Source: the human T2T-CHM13v2.0 reference genome, Homo sapiens. Taken from it: 64,000 nucleotides of DNA. The notes under the pieces were generated by a model, which was not told the DNA's origin, searched no databases, and saw only the letters and a program-made list of their open reading frames with translations. The translations under genes and the position numbers were made by a program. The stretch lies in NCBI RefSeq assembly GCF_009914755.1, contig NC_060931.1, one strand, 5' to 3'. Shown here in pieces: positions 1 to 22,055 of the stretch (positions are counted from its first letter, which is position 1; every line of letters starts with the position of its first letter).

Positions 1-381
1 TCACTGTGTCCCCCAGGCTAGAGTACAGTGGCATGATCTTACTGCAACCTCTGCCTCCCGGGTTCAAGTGATCCCCCTGCCTCAGCCTCCCAAGTAGCTG
101 GGACTACAGGAATATGCCACCACGCCTGGCTAATTTTTGTATTTTTTGTAGAGACAGGGTTTCACCATGTTGGCCAGTCTGGTCTGGAGCTCCCAACCTC
201 AAGTGATCCGCTGGCCTCGGCCTCCCAAAGTGCTGGGATTACAGGCGTGAGCCACCGTGCCCAGCCATTTTCTCTAACTTTACATCTTCAATTTGTAATC
301 CCTGTCTTCCCACTGCCTAGGGTAGGGTGTGAGAGACTCCTCTCCCAAAACCCAGGTGGTGCCCACATTATGCTTACGTAC

Positions 382-459
382 TTTTTCCATTCGGCAGTGT
401 CGTAGGAGGTGCTCTACTGGTTAACATCTTCCTTGTTGGGGGCTGCGTTGGCAAGAATT
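382..459 (-). CDS. SSC4D: SSC4D coding exon, Pro/Thr-rich linker after SRCR1 ((E)[25 protein letters not shown](S))
   Basis: Acceptor cttcctttccag|AATTC, donor GGAAAAA|gtacgt. 78 nt, phase 1-1, continues the frame of the SRCR1 exon; peptide lies in ORF 374..628(-). Confidence 0.88.
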
Positions 460-649
460 CTGGAAAGGAAGTGAAGTGGATACAGGGGTCTTTCTGTTCT
501 CCATCCTTACACCACGGGGTGTTTAAGGGGCAGGAGGATGGACCCATAAGGTGCTTGCCGCCAGAGCCTCTGGCCACACAAAGAGTCACAGCCAGGAACA
601 CTGGGGTATGAGAGGAGAGGGTCCACACCAGAGTCCTGGACTCCTCTAA

Positions 650-1136
<487 letters not shown>

Positions 1137-1946
1137 CAGTTTCCGCTGCAGCTCTATGCCACGTGGAGCGCATGGCCAGTGTGACCCCAATAGTCGTTTT
1201 TTTCTTTGTTTTTTGAGACAGGATCTTGCTCTGTCACCCAGGCTGGAGTGCAGTGTCACAATCACGGCTCACTGCAGCCTTGACCCCCCAGACTCCAGCG
1301 ATCCTCCCTCCTCTGCCTCCCAAGTAGCTGGGACCGCCCCCAACACCTTGCTAATTTTTCTGATTTTTCGTAGAGATAAGGTACTATGTTCCCAAGATGG
1401 TCTCAAACTCCTGGGCTCAAGCAATCTTGCCACCTTGGCCTCCCAAAGTGCTGGAGTTACTGGCATAAACCACCATGCCCGGCTGATTGTCTGGTTTTAA
1501 AACTAGGAGAGGGGAACCAGTGGGGTGACTTGGACCTGTAGTTCCAGCTACTGAGGCGGGAGAATCCCTTGAGCCCAGGAGTTTGAGGCTGCAGTGGGCT
1601 ATGATCACACCACTGCACTCTGGTCGGGACCAAAGAGTGAGACCTCATCTCCAAAATCTCTAAAAAAATTTTTTTTAAAGGGAGAGGAGCTCTGCTGGGA
1701 CAATCAAAGCCTTACATAGAAGCAGTAGTGCTGGTTTTCTTTTGGTCCAAGGTCAGGGTCAGGCAATGACCCAGAAGAATCCCTGGGACCCAGGCTGGGG
1801 TTCTTCCCTGGCACCAGGCATTGTAGCCTCTGGCCTGATCTGCATGGAACAGCCTTACCTGTGGGAAGTCCCTTCATTTATCTAGCCTACAGCCCTGCTG
1901 CCTGCCACAGTCTGTCTGTCCCTCCAGGTCCCAGGGCTCCACTCAC

Positions 1947-2252
1947 CATCACACAGGACAGCCACATCCTCGTAGTGAAAGCAATTGTGGACGCCCCAGC
2001 CGCGGCTGCCGCACTCGCTCAGCGCAGCTTCCTGCCCGCGGCACTCCACGTTGTCCAGCAGGATGGGGCCTCGGCCTTGGCCAAAGGCAAGGGGCCGTGG
2101 CACGGGCAGTGCCAGGCCACAGCCCAGCTGGCGACACACTACGTTGGCGTCCACCACGTCCCAGTCGTCATCACAGACGCTGCCCCAGGAGCCACCGTGC
2201 ATGACTTCCAGGCGGCCCCGGCAGCGGCTGGGGCCCCCCACCAGCCTCAGCT
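1947..2252 (-). CDS. SSC4D: SSC4D exon encoding group B SRCR domain 1 ([17 protein letters not shown]...[14 protein letters not shown])
   Basis: Typical SRCR motifs ([38 protein letters not shown]). Acceptor cttcacag|AG, donor GATG|gtgagt. 306 nt, phase 1-1. Confidence 0.96.
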
Positions 2253-2668
2253 CTGTGAAGAGGGTGGAGCTGGCACCAGGGGGTCACTGAGTCCAACCTC
2301 CAGCATGCCCACTCCAGGATGTCCTTTTATTTTATTATTATTTTTTTTGGTAGAGACGGGGTCTCACTATGTTGCCAAGGCTGGTCTCAAACTCCTGGGC
2401 TCAAGTGATCCTCCTGCCTTGGCCTCCCAAAGCGCTAGGATCACAGACATGCACTACGGGACCCAGCCAGGTTACCCGCTTTGCCATGAAGCCATGGGAA
2501 CCTTGGGATCAATCCCTTCTGGAAAATGGGGAGACTACAGCTCCCCTGAGATGGGGGCATCTAGAGTCAAGGGGGGCTGGTTAGTCATCACTTCCTGTGG
2601 TTCCCTGTCTGAGGCTGGAGTACCTGGCGGACAGGTGAGGGTGAGGAAGGGCGGGGTGGGGCACCTAC

Positions 2669-2704
2669 CTTGAAAGGGCAGTGGAGTGGGCTGTAGGGCG
2701 CTGG
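2669..2704 (-). CDS. SSC4D: SSC4D 36-nt micro-exon (ASALQPTPLPFQ)
   Basis: Acceptor ctgtttcag|CC, donor CAAG|gtaggt. Phase 1-1, joins the signal-peptide exon to SRCR1 in frame. Confidence 0.88.
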
Positions 2705-2985
2705 CTGAAACAGAGTGAGGAAGAGCATTGGCCCCTCTGCCCACACCATGGCTCCCTGGTCCCAGGAACACACCCCCCAACTCCCACAGTCCTCAACATT
2801 ACCCCCATCTTCTTGGACTTCAGTACCCCTGCTTTGCCAAAGCCCCATTGTCTCTTTCTCTGACTGTCCTGATTGGCTTCCCTGCCTCACCCCTCTCCTA
2901 GTGGTCCCTGGGCCAACCTAGAGAGATCTGCGGGTGTAAATCTGTAGATCTGCACATCTCAAACTAATGCTAAATCCCATAATGA

Positions 2986-3331
<346 letters not shown>

Positions 3332-3652
3332 TAAAGTGCTGGGATTATAGGTGTGAGCCAACACACCTAGGCAAGAGCTTTTTTCAATTCCCAGCTTGGA
3401 GCCCCTTCCTCTGGGAAGCCATCCTGGAGCCCTCAGCTAGAAGTGCTCTCTGTTTCCTCTGAATTCCTGGACACCACATACCCGGGCCTCTTTCAGGGCC
3501 TTCTCTGGTAATGTGGCCATGCCTGTCTCAACTCTGTGTCCCCAGACTCTCCGCTCAGAACCTGGTACTCAGCAGATGTTCAGTAGCTCCACCTTAAATG
3601 TGTAAATTGGCTTTGGGATTCATCATATTTCCCTCCCTAAAGATTTACCTAG

Positions 3653-4024
<372 letters not shown>

Positions 4025-4163
4025 TAGAAATGGGGTCTCACCATGTTGGCCAGGCTAGTCTTGAACCCTTAACCTCAAGTGATCCGCCTGCCTCAGCCTC
4101 CCAAAGTGCTAGGATTACAGGCATGAGCCACCGCTCCTGGCCTAATTTTTTAATTTTTTGTAG

Positions 4164-4280
<117 letters not shown>

Positions 4281-4349
4281 TGAGTCTTTCTGCTTCAGCC
4301 ATCATGTATGTCCTCATTGCTTTCTTTTTTTCTTTTTTGTTTTTCTTGA

Positions 4350-4655
<306 letters not shown>

Positions 4656-4827
4656 TAATCATTAGGATAATTTATAAGTTAGGCAGGATTTTACAGACAG
4701 GGCAACTTCAGGGTTAGTGAGATTAGACAACTTACTCAGGGCCACGTAGCAAATCAAGGGTAGAGCTGAGAGACTACCCAGACAGCCACACTCTTCTTCA
4801 TCATGCAGTTCTGAGCACGATGCTTGA

Positions 4828-5229
<402 letters not shown>

Positions 5230-5248
5230 TGAACTCCTGACCTCATGA

Positions 5249-5458
<210 letters not shown>

Positions 5459-5979
5459 TGAGTAGCTGGGATTACAGGTGCGTGCTGCCAACCCTGGTTA
5501 ATTTTTGTATTTTTAGTAGGGACGCGGGTTTCACCATGTTGGCCAGGCTGGTCTCAAACTCCTGATCTCAGGTGATCTTTCCGCCTTGGCCTCCCAAAGT
5601 ACTGGGATTGCAGGTGTGAGTCACCGAGCCCGGCCTTCTTCTTATGTTTGGATAGTCCCTAGGTCATTTGATTTCATCTCTTTTACCAGCTGTCTTTCCA
5701 ACAGCCATTGGTGAGCACACCCTCTTTCTGTCCTTCCCTGTGCCCAGTGTCCCCTAACTGCCCATTCCATGGGTGCGTTTACCTGTCACCTCCAGTACTG
5801 AGCCCTTCATTCCCCAAACTCAGACTCTTAGCTCTTTTGTCAACTCTGGGCAAAGGTCAGCATTGGAAAGAACAACAGGAACGAGCTCATTCACAACCCC
5901 CCTCCTACTATAAAGTTACAGCTGGGACAACTGAGATTCAGAAAGAGGAAGTGGCAAGGGCTAACAGGGGAGGACTCAC

Positions 5980-6112
5980 CCAGTGGCAGGAGGAGAAGGA
6001 AAGACAGGGCTTGGGGGAGGAAGGGAGGGGCAGCACTCCCATCTCCCAACCTCCACCCCCAGCGCTTCTCATCCAGCTGGGGACCAATTAGCATCTCTGC
6101 TTCCTTGTGCAT
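5980..6112 (-). CDS. SSC4D: SSC4D first coding segment ([12 protein letters not shown]...[10 protein letters not shown]), ending in a signal-peptide-like hydrophobic stretch; exon spans 5980-6178
   Basis: ATG at 6112, donor CTGG|gtgagt at 5980/5979, acceptor ctttaatttcag| at 6179/6178. 133 coding nt (phase 1) matches the next exon. Confidence 0.92.
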
Positions 6113-6441
6113 CTAGATGGTGAAGGGTGTTTCAGATGCTCCCATCAAGGCGCCAGGGAGTAGTCACAGTTGGAACATCTGAAATTAAAGATCCCAAATG
6201 TTGCTGGGCCTCCCAGCACTTTGGGAGGCCGAGGTGGGAGGATTGCTTGCACCCAGGGGTTCGAGATCAGCCTGGGCAACATAGTGAGACCCCCATCTCT
6301 ACAAAAAGTTTCTAAAAATGAGGCCGGGTGTGGTGGCTTATGCCTGTAATCCCAGCACTTTGGGAGGCTGAGGCGGGTGGATCGCTTGAACCCAGGAGAT
6401 CGAGATATAGCCTGGGTAACATGGCGAAAACCTGTCTGTTA

Positions 6442-7201
<760 letters not shown>

Positions 7202-7557
7202 TGACACATGTCTGTAGCTGCAGCTAATGGGGAGGCTGAGGTAGGAGGATCACTTGCACCAAGGCTGCAGGAAAAAGAAAAAAGTTCCAAGTGTTTACTT
7301 CCTAGAGGGGTCAGCTTCAGGGGAAAATGACATTTCCACTTGCCTTTGGCATTCTGAGTGGAGACGACGGCAGAGGCAAAAGCTGGGAGGTGAAAAAGAT
7401 GCTGCTTGGATGGAAACGCATGAGGAGTCGGTCATGGCTGTAGCTGAGGATGTGTGAAGAGGGCAAATGGTGGGAGAGGGGGTTGGCAGGGTTGGCTCGG
7501 CCCAAACCATGACCAGCCCAAGGACTCAGAGATTATCCTCCAGGGCTGCACATTTGA

Positions 7558-7848
<291 letters not shown>

Positions 7849-8450
7849 TAGAGATGGGTTTTCGCCATGTTGGCCAGGCTGGTCTTGAACTCCTGACCTC
7901 AGGTGATCCACGCGCCTCAGCCTCCCAAAGTGCTGGGATTACAGGCATGAGCCACCGCACCTGGTCTGTGCATTCGAAATATAGTATTGGTGCCACGGAC
8001 AGCAACCCACTTAATTTGGGAGGATATAGATACTCATGTATTGTTTTATTTTCAATAATTCTTTTTAAATTGTACAATGCCTTCTAAAAAGGACTCTGGT
8101 TTTCCGTTTATCAGAACAATATAGTCTCCCTTTCAAATTAATTAATTTTTTTTACTTTAAAGAATTTTTTTATTTTTTATTTTTTACAGATAGGGTCTCA
8201 CTCTGTCACCCAGGTGGCAGTGCAGTGGCATGATCATGGCTCACTGCAACCTCCCTATCCTGGGCTCAAAGGATCCTCCCGTCTCAGCCTCCTGAGGAGC
8301 TGGAACTGCAGGCTCGCACCACCACACCCAGCTAATTATTTTTCTTTTTTTCTTTTTAGTAGAGATGGGCTCTCGTGCTGTGTTACTCAGGCTGGTCTCA
8401 AACTCCTGGCCTCAAGTGATCCTCCTGTCTTGCACTTTTTTTGTTTTTAA

Positions 8451-8849
<399 letters not shown>

Positions 8850-8992
8850 TGACCTGGCTGATCTGGAACTCCTGACCTCAAGTGATACACCCGCCTCGGT
8901 CTCCCAAAGTGCTGGAATTACAGGTGTGAGCCACCAAGCTTGGCCCTGATTTAAATTAACTCTAGGCCAAGTGTGGCAGCTTACTCCTGTGA

Positions 8993-9142
<150 letters not shown>

Positions 9143-10569
9143 TGAGTAGCTGGGATTACAGGCGGGTATCACCACGCCCAGCTAATTGAGGGAGTATCTC
9201 TTGAGCCCAGGATTTCAAGACCGGCCTAGGCAACATAGTGAGACCCCATCTCTACAAAACTAAAAAACAATTAGCTGGGCATGGTGGTGCATGCCTGTAA
9301 TCCCAGTGCTTTGGGAGGCTAAGGCAGGAGGATCACTTGAGCCCAGGAGTTCAAGGCTGCAGTTAGCCATGATCATGCCACTGCACTCCAACTTGAATGA
9401 CAGAGTAAGACCCTGTCTCTAACTAAAAAGAAAAAAAAAGTGCATAAACCATGAGCTTAGAGCTCAAAGAGCATTCACACCATGTAACCAGCGTCCCAGA
9501 AGCCTCTCTCACGTCCCCTTTTCTTGCAGACTTTTAGCAAGGGTCTGATGCATTGTGTGGACTGTGGACTGGTTGGTTGGGGAGAGATGGGAAGCTGGTT
9601 TAGAGGCTGATGCAGTTGTCCAGACTCTAGGCCATAGGAGGCAGAGAGGAAGGAGAGATGCGAAGGATATGTGGGAGACTGAACTGGCAGGACTGGGCTA
9701 CTCTTGGTGTTGGGGGTCAGGGAGCTAGGAGCATCCATTTGGCTCCCAGCCACCCTGATGGGGACTTTGTAGGAGGCGGCGGTAGAGAGGATGGTTCTGT
9801 TTGGGCTACACTGAGAGTGGGACTGGGGGACATGGGTGCTTGTCCCAGAAGGAGCTCCCCACCATCCCTCCAACCCCCTCCTCTCTCTGGCTTTACCTGT
9901 GCCCTGGTGTACAAAGTCTGGTTGGGGAGAAGATGAAAGCCTATCTGGATGCAGACACAGGGATTTCAACACCCCATTCATGGGGCCCAGGACAGCCCCC
10001 AGTGGAATAATCACCTTTTGTCCTCCTTCTGCCTGGACTGGGGACAGCTGGGAGATGGGAGCTGAGAACCATGAGGAGGGGGAAAGACACAGTCCAGTCT
10101 TTGCTTGTTGTGGGGGGGCACATAGTTATCTTGGCCTCCTTTTGCCTCCTGGCCTCAGTGCCACCCACTTCTCAGGCTGCTGGGATACTGGCCCCCCAGG
10201 CCAGATCAGCCCCCACCCTGGGGACAGGCAACTTCCAGAGACCCTGCCAGGAATCCTCAGCTTCCCCACCTCTATCCCCTGCCACCTCAGCCCAGGCGTG
10301 AGGGAGAAGGACCCCCGATCCTGATCCCCACAGATTTCAAATCCCAGGTGACCCCAGAGCCCTCTGCCAAGCCTGCCTCCTACCCTCCCAGCTCCAAGGT
10401 GGGCCCCTCCAGTCTGCTCCTGCTTCACGCCCAAGGGAACACTGGCAAGACAAGGCTTCATCCCTCCCTGTCCTTGGTGATTAGGGCTCTTGAAAGCCCT
10501 CCCATCCCTTCATATCCCTTTCTGAGTCCATCTGTTGCCTACATTTTCTACAGTACAGCCGGCAGCCTA

Positions 10570-10890
10570 ACACAGCGGTTCATATTGCAGCATCAGCTCC
10601 ACCATCTCCTAGCTGTATGACCTTCACCTTGCAAAGCCTCACTGTTCTCATCTGTAAAATGGCTTTCGTGATCCACTTACCCCTTATCATTTTTGCCAAG
10701 TTCAATGAGCAAATGTTTTCACAAGGCTTAGCCCAGTGTCTGGCCCACTCTAGGTGTGGTAGCTATTGTTATCATTACTGTTTCTCCATCGAGACTGCAG
10801 ACCCTTGAGGGTGGAAACCAGATCTCATTCAGTGGTTGCCCTTGGCACAGGGTGGATACTCAGGAAATGTTTGTTGAGTGACTGAATCAA
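10570..10890 (+). mobile_element. MIR remnant followed by an L2 3' end
   Basis: MIR core (cctcactgttctcatctgtaaaatgg); L2 tail (actcaggaaatgtttgttgagtgactgaat). Confidence 0.65.
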
Positions 10891-10984
10891 GGTGATGGCT
10901 ACAGAATCATAGAAAACAGCAGCCAGAAGGGGCTTGGGAGATTAACAAGGACAATTTCCCATCTGACCAGTGGGAAATGGTTGC

Positions 10985-11065
10985 CTCTCTCTCTCTCTCT
11001 CTCTCTCTGTCTCACACACACACACACACACACACACACATGCATGCACACGCACACACACACAA
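10985..11065. repeat. Compound (CT)n(CA)n microsatellite
   Basis: Seen directly. Confidence 0.95.
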
Positions 11066-11094
11066 ACACTCCAGCAAAAGTGAAGGATTCATAC

Positions 11095-11378
11095 CTGGGG
11101 GAATGTTCTGGGCTCTTTCTGTCCCTTCTTCTACAGTCAATCCAAGATCGAATCACTTTGTCTGCCCCTGGAAGTTTAGGAGGAGGAAGGATCTTCCAAA
11201 TGGAAATCAACACAGGCGTTTCTTCTTTTCTTTCCACAGCTGGAAGGTGAGCAGAGGCAAAGTCCCTGTCCATGGAGCTGGCTGGTGGCCCCAGCCTGTC
11301 CCCATCCGACCTTAGGGACAGCAAGAAGCAAAGGGGAGTGGAGGTGGCCGGCACCAGCTGGAGCGGCCCCAGAAAAAG
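11095..11378 (-). other. SSC4D: Probable non-coding exon 1 of SSC4D (5' end approximate)
   Basis: Donor CCCCAG|gtatga at 11095/11094 in a unique, more GC-rich stretch upstream of exon 2. The TSS cannot be read directly from sequence. Confidence 0.6.
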
Positions 11379-11440
11379 GGCACCCAGGTGGAGGCGGAGC
11401 TATGTGGTTGGGGGAGGCATGGACTCTCAAGGCCAGGCAG

Positions 11441-11470
11441 CCCCTCCTCCCCCCACAGCCCCCCCACCCC
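11441..11470 (-). promoter_or_regulatory. Potential G-quadruplex just upstream of the presumed SSC4D start
   Basis: Plus strand cccc-tcct-cccccc-acag-ccccccc-a-cccc gives four G-runs of 4 or more with short loops on the minus strand. Confidence 0.5.
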
Positions 11471-12388
11471 AGGGTTCAGGTTTCAGGAAGGCCTGGATAG
11501 GTCTCCACCCCTTTGCAGGGCAGCCAAGCATCCTGATCTTTGGAGATAGCCCTGATCCAGCCCAGGAGTCCCGCCTGATGATGTCCCGACCCACATCTCA
11601 GCTGAGGGTTTGGAAATGGTCCCAGGAGCCACAGTGTATGGAGTGGGTTTCCCACATAGACAGGACCTCACAACCTCACTTGGGGGCTGCTGATTTTGCC
11701 TTCTTTTTTTTTCTTTTTTCTTTTTTTTCAGACAGAGTCTCTCTCTGTCACCCAGGCTGCTGGAGTGCAATGGCACGATTTCGGCTCCCTGCATCCTCCG
11801 CCTCCCAGGCTCAATCAATTCTCGTGCCTCAGCGCCCGAGTACCTGGGATTACAGGCATGCACCACCATGCCAGGCTAATTTTGTATTTTTAGTAGAGAC
11901 TGGGTTTCTCCATGTTGGCCAGGATGGCCTTGAAATCCTGACCTCAAGGGATCCGCCTGCCTCGGCCTCCCAAAGTGCTGGGTTTACAGGTGTGAGCCAC
12001 CGCACCCAGCCTAATTTTGCCTTCTTGTGTAGTTCTTTTTTTTTTTTTGAGATGGAGTTTCGCTCTTGTTGCCCAGGCTGGAGTGCAATGGTGTGATCTC
12101 AGCTCACAGCAACGTCCGTCTCCCCGAGTTCAAGGGATTCTCCTGCCTCAGCCTTCCAAAGTGTTGGGATTACAGGCATGAGCCACTGCACTGGCCAAAA
12201 AAAAAAAATGTTGAGAAGCTCCTGAGGATCAAACAAATTGGGGACCAGTCCCAGCTTTTTATGGTGAGGCTGGGAAGACTGAGGCCAAGGGAGGAAAACA
12301 GGTGGCATGAGTGTGGGCCCGGCAGGACTTAATTTCCTGACTCCTGGTCATGATGCTGTTTCCTATTTCTTGGAAAAAGAAAGTACTA

Positions 12389-13094
<706 letters not shown>

Positions 13095-13139
13095 TTAGAA
13101 ACATAGCCGGGCATGATGGTGCGCACTGGGCTGTAGTCA

Positions 13140-13280
<141 letters not shown>

Positions 13281-13289
13281 TTATTGCCA

Positions 13290-15275
<1,986 letters not shown>

Positions 15276-15538
15276 TAATGATTTCAAAATAAAACTTTTT
15301 TTAAAAAAAAGCCTCAATTGATTTACAACAACAAAACAGACTAATATTTTAATTTTATTTATTCATTTATTTTTTGAGACAAGTTCTCCCTGTTGCCCAG
15401 GGTGGAGTGTAGTGGCGTGATCATAGCTCATTGCAGTTGCGAACTCTGAGGTTGAAGTAATCCTCCCACCTCAGTTCCCCGAGTAGCTGGGACTACAGGC
15501 GTGCGCCACCATGCCCAGCTAATTATTGTATTTTTTGA

Positions 15539-16003
<465 letters not shown>

Positions 16004-16625
16004 TGAAAGCAAAAAATTTTAGTACCTCTCTAAGTCACCACCTCAAGGTGTGATAAATGGATTCTGACAAGTGGTTTTTCCTGACATGAGAAGCTGCAGG
16101 TGCCTAGGCGGTTGGTTCACTGATTTTCCTCCTCAAAGACCCTTTGGGAGCAGCCTGGCATGACTGGAGAGTGGGAAAATCTGCCTATGGTCTGTAAATG
16201 GATTCTCTCTGAGTTTGCCTATTACGGAATGTGTGCTTCTTCAACGCTTCCGCTCCTGGGAGGTCAGTAACACTCAAGTGCTGATGATTCCATTTAGGAC
16301 AGTTAGGAAAAGACCTTCTCATGCAGGAACAGACTCTGCTTCTACCCCTTCCCTTTCCCCTTCCCCTTCCCCTCCTCCTCCTCCTTTTTTTTTTTTTTTT
16401 TTTGAGACGGAGTCTTGCTCTGTCACCCAGGCTGGAGTGCAATGCTGTGATCTCGGCTCACCGCCCCACCTGCGCCTCCTGAGTTCAAGTGATTCTTCTG
16501 CCTCAGCCTCCTGAGTAACTGGGATTACAGGCGCCCACCACCACGGCTGGCTAATTTTTGTATTTTTAGTAGAGATGGGGTTTCACCATGTTGGTCAGGC
16601 TGGTCTTGAACTCCTGACCTCGTGA

Positions 16626-16715
<90 letters not shown>

Positions 16716-16812
16716 TAGTGGCTGGGCGCAGTGGCTCACGCCTGTAATCCCAGCACTTTGGGAGGCGAGGCGGGCTGATCACGAGGTCAGGAGATCGAGA
16801 CCATCCTGGCTA

Positions 16813-17059
<247 letters not shown>

Positions 17060-17089
17060 TCACTCAGCATAATTATTTTATTTTTTTAG

Positions 17090-17221
<132 letters not shown>

Positions 17222-17411
17222 TGAGTGCCACAGTAACCAGCACAACTCCAAATCTTATGCAGCCATGGTACATTTGTCAAAACTGAGAAATTAACATTGG
17301 CACATTAATATTAACCAAACTACAGATTTTATTTCAATGAGTATTACCAGTTTTCTCACTAATGTCCTTTTTCTGTTCCAGGAGCCAATCCAGGATACCA
17401 CATTGCATTTA

Positions 17412-18104
<693 letters not shown>

Positions 18105-18225
18105 TGATCCACCCGCCTCGGCCTCCCAAAGTGCTGCAATTACAGGCATGAGCCACCACACCCGGCCTAGATTTTATTTTGTAGGTGATTTTAAACACTC
18201 TATAATAAAAAGCAGGCTAGGGCTA

Positions 18226-18393
<168 letters not shown>

Positions 18394-18396
18394 TCA

Positions 18397-18501
<105 letters not shown>

Positions 18502-19015
18502 TCAAAAAAAAAGAAAGCAGACTGGGTGCAGTGGCTCAGCCTGTAATCCCAGCACTTTGGGAGGCTGAGGCAGGAGGATAGCTTGAGCCCAGGAGTTGAA
18601 GACCAGCCTGGGCAACATGGTGAAACTCTGGCTCTACAAAAAAATACAAAAATTAACCAAGTATGGTGGCGCACACCTATAGTCCTAGCCACTCAGGAGG
18701 CTGAGGTGGGGGCATTGCTTGAGCCCTGGAAGTCGAGGCTGCAGTGAGCCATGATTGCCCCACTGCATACCAACCTGGGGGACAGTGAGACCCTGTCTCA
18801 ACAAAATAAAAAGCCAAAATATTGTACAAAATATTTATTTTCCTTAGCTACAGTCAGGGTCACATGCGAGGTGAAACAGGCTATAAATTTTATATATTAG
18901 TCAGGCAGGTGGCTCATGTCTGTAATCCTAGCACTTTGGGAGGCTGAGGCAAGAGGATTGCTTGAGCTCAGGAGTTTGAGACCAGCCTGGGCAAGATAGT
19001 AAAACTCTGTCTCTA

Positions 19016-19411
<396 letters not shown>

Positions 19412-19451
19412 TCATATCCCTTTCAGTTTTTGTTTGTTTGTTTGTTTTTGA

Positions 19452-19652
<201 letters not shown>

Positions 19653-19960
19653 TGAACTCCTAACCTCAGGCTATCGGCCCACCTCAGCCTCCCAAAGTAC
19701 TGGGATTACAGGCGTGAGCCACCGTGCCCGGCCTCATATCCCTAACTTTCATTGCATCCCTTACTGTGCAAAAAATGGGCTAAATCTCAGCCCACTGAGG
19801 TCCTTCCAGCTAAAGTCTGGAAACAGAATTAATGAATTCTGGCTGTAGAATTAATGATCATCACTATGTATGTATATGTGTCTGGCACATTCTCAAATTT
19901 GTGATTCCTCTTATTTTCCATCACACGCCAGGTATTTTGTCTTCCCAGGTTGACACGTAG

Positions 19961-20459
<499 letters not shown>

Positions 20460-20705
20460 TAGTCACCACACCTGGCTAATTTTTTGTGTTTTTAGCGGAG
20501 ACAGGATTTCGCCATGTTGCCCAGGCTGCTGACCTCAGGTGATCCACCCGCCTTGGCCTCCCAAAGTGCTTGGATTATAGATGTGAGCCACTTTGCCTGG
20601 CGAATAGTGCTATTTTTTTAAAACACCTACTGAATATCTGAGTGAGTCCATAAAGTCCTTAAGATGGCCAAAATATCGCTTTGGGTGGCTGAGGCAGGCA
20701 GATCA

Positions 20706-20966
<261 letters not shown>

Positions 20967-21044
20967 TCACACCTATAATCCCAGCACTTTGGGAGGCCAA
21001 GGCGGGCAGATCACGAGGTCAGGAGGTCGAGACCATCCCAGCTA

Positions 21045-21323
<279 letters not shown>

Positions 21324-21349
21324 TCAAACAGAAAGTATCAGAGAGACTC

Positions 21350-21535
21350 TTGAATCTTGGTTTGGTTCCTCATTGGCTGTGCAAACTTGAGCAAGTTCCT
21401 TAACTTCTCTGAGTGCTTATTCCCTCAGCTGTAAAATGGAGCAAATAGTGCCTTCCTAGATGAGTGTCAGGATTAAGGGACTCAGTCTAGTCCCTGCCGT
21501 ATTGAGAATAAGCAATAAATGGTCATTATTGTTAT
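21350..21535 (+). mobile_element. MIR remnant
   Basis: cttgagcaagttccttaacttctctgag...ctgtaaaatggag core. Confidence 0.7.
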
Positions 21536-21699
21536 AATAATTTTGGTCATTATTTATGAAAGTGGTCTAAAAAGTCACTTTTTCTTTATGATTTGTGCAT
21601 TATTTTTGGAGGGTAGGGTCTTATTTAGCAAATATTTTCCAGCTCACTCTGCCCTGAAGATCATATTTTCTTCTCAAAGTTTTAGTTTTGTTCTTTCCC

Positions 21700-22021
21700 A
21701 TTCAGATCTTTAATCTATCTAGAATTCATTTTTATGTGGGAAGTGAAATCCAGTTTTTCCCCAGATGGATAATAATTGACACAGCTCCTTTTCTTGAAGA
21801 GTCCATCTGTTTCCTCCGTCCGGTATCATGTTTCCACATATGCACGTGGCTGTTTCTAGGCTCTCTCATCTATTCCACTGTTTCTTTTCTGTCCTAACAG
21901 CAATGTGTCTTAATTACCATAGCTCTATAATATGTTTTTATATCTGTTAGGGTGTGTGTCTCATGATGTTCTTTTTCTTTCTCCCTTCCTTCCTTCTTTC
22001 TTTCTTTTTCTTTCTTTCTTT

Positions 22022-22055
<34 letters not shown>

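Noticed and set aside
1861-2673. 270-aa plus-strand ORF
   Set aside because: Antisense shadow of the GC-rich SRCR exon running into an Alu; non-ATG start and no independent coding signal.
9475-10620. Cluster of overlapping 60-180 aa ORFs in SSC4D intron 1
   Set aside because: They appear in several frames on both strands of GC-rich sequence, with no domain similarity or consistent splice structure.
11272-12096. 274-aa plus-strand ORF near the SSC4D promoter
   Set aside because: The second half is translated antisense Alu and the first half has no recognisable domain. A divergent transcript cannot be excluded but is unsupported.
16050-16300. Possible C/D box snoRNA (TGATGA and CTGA motifs)
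   Set aside because: The boxes are not in C...D order with a terminal stem at a suitable spacing.
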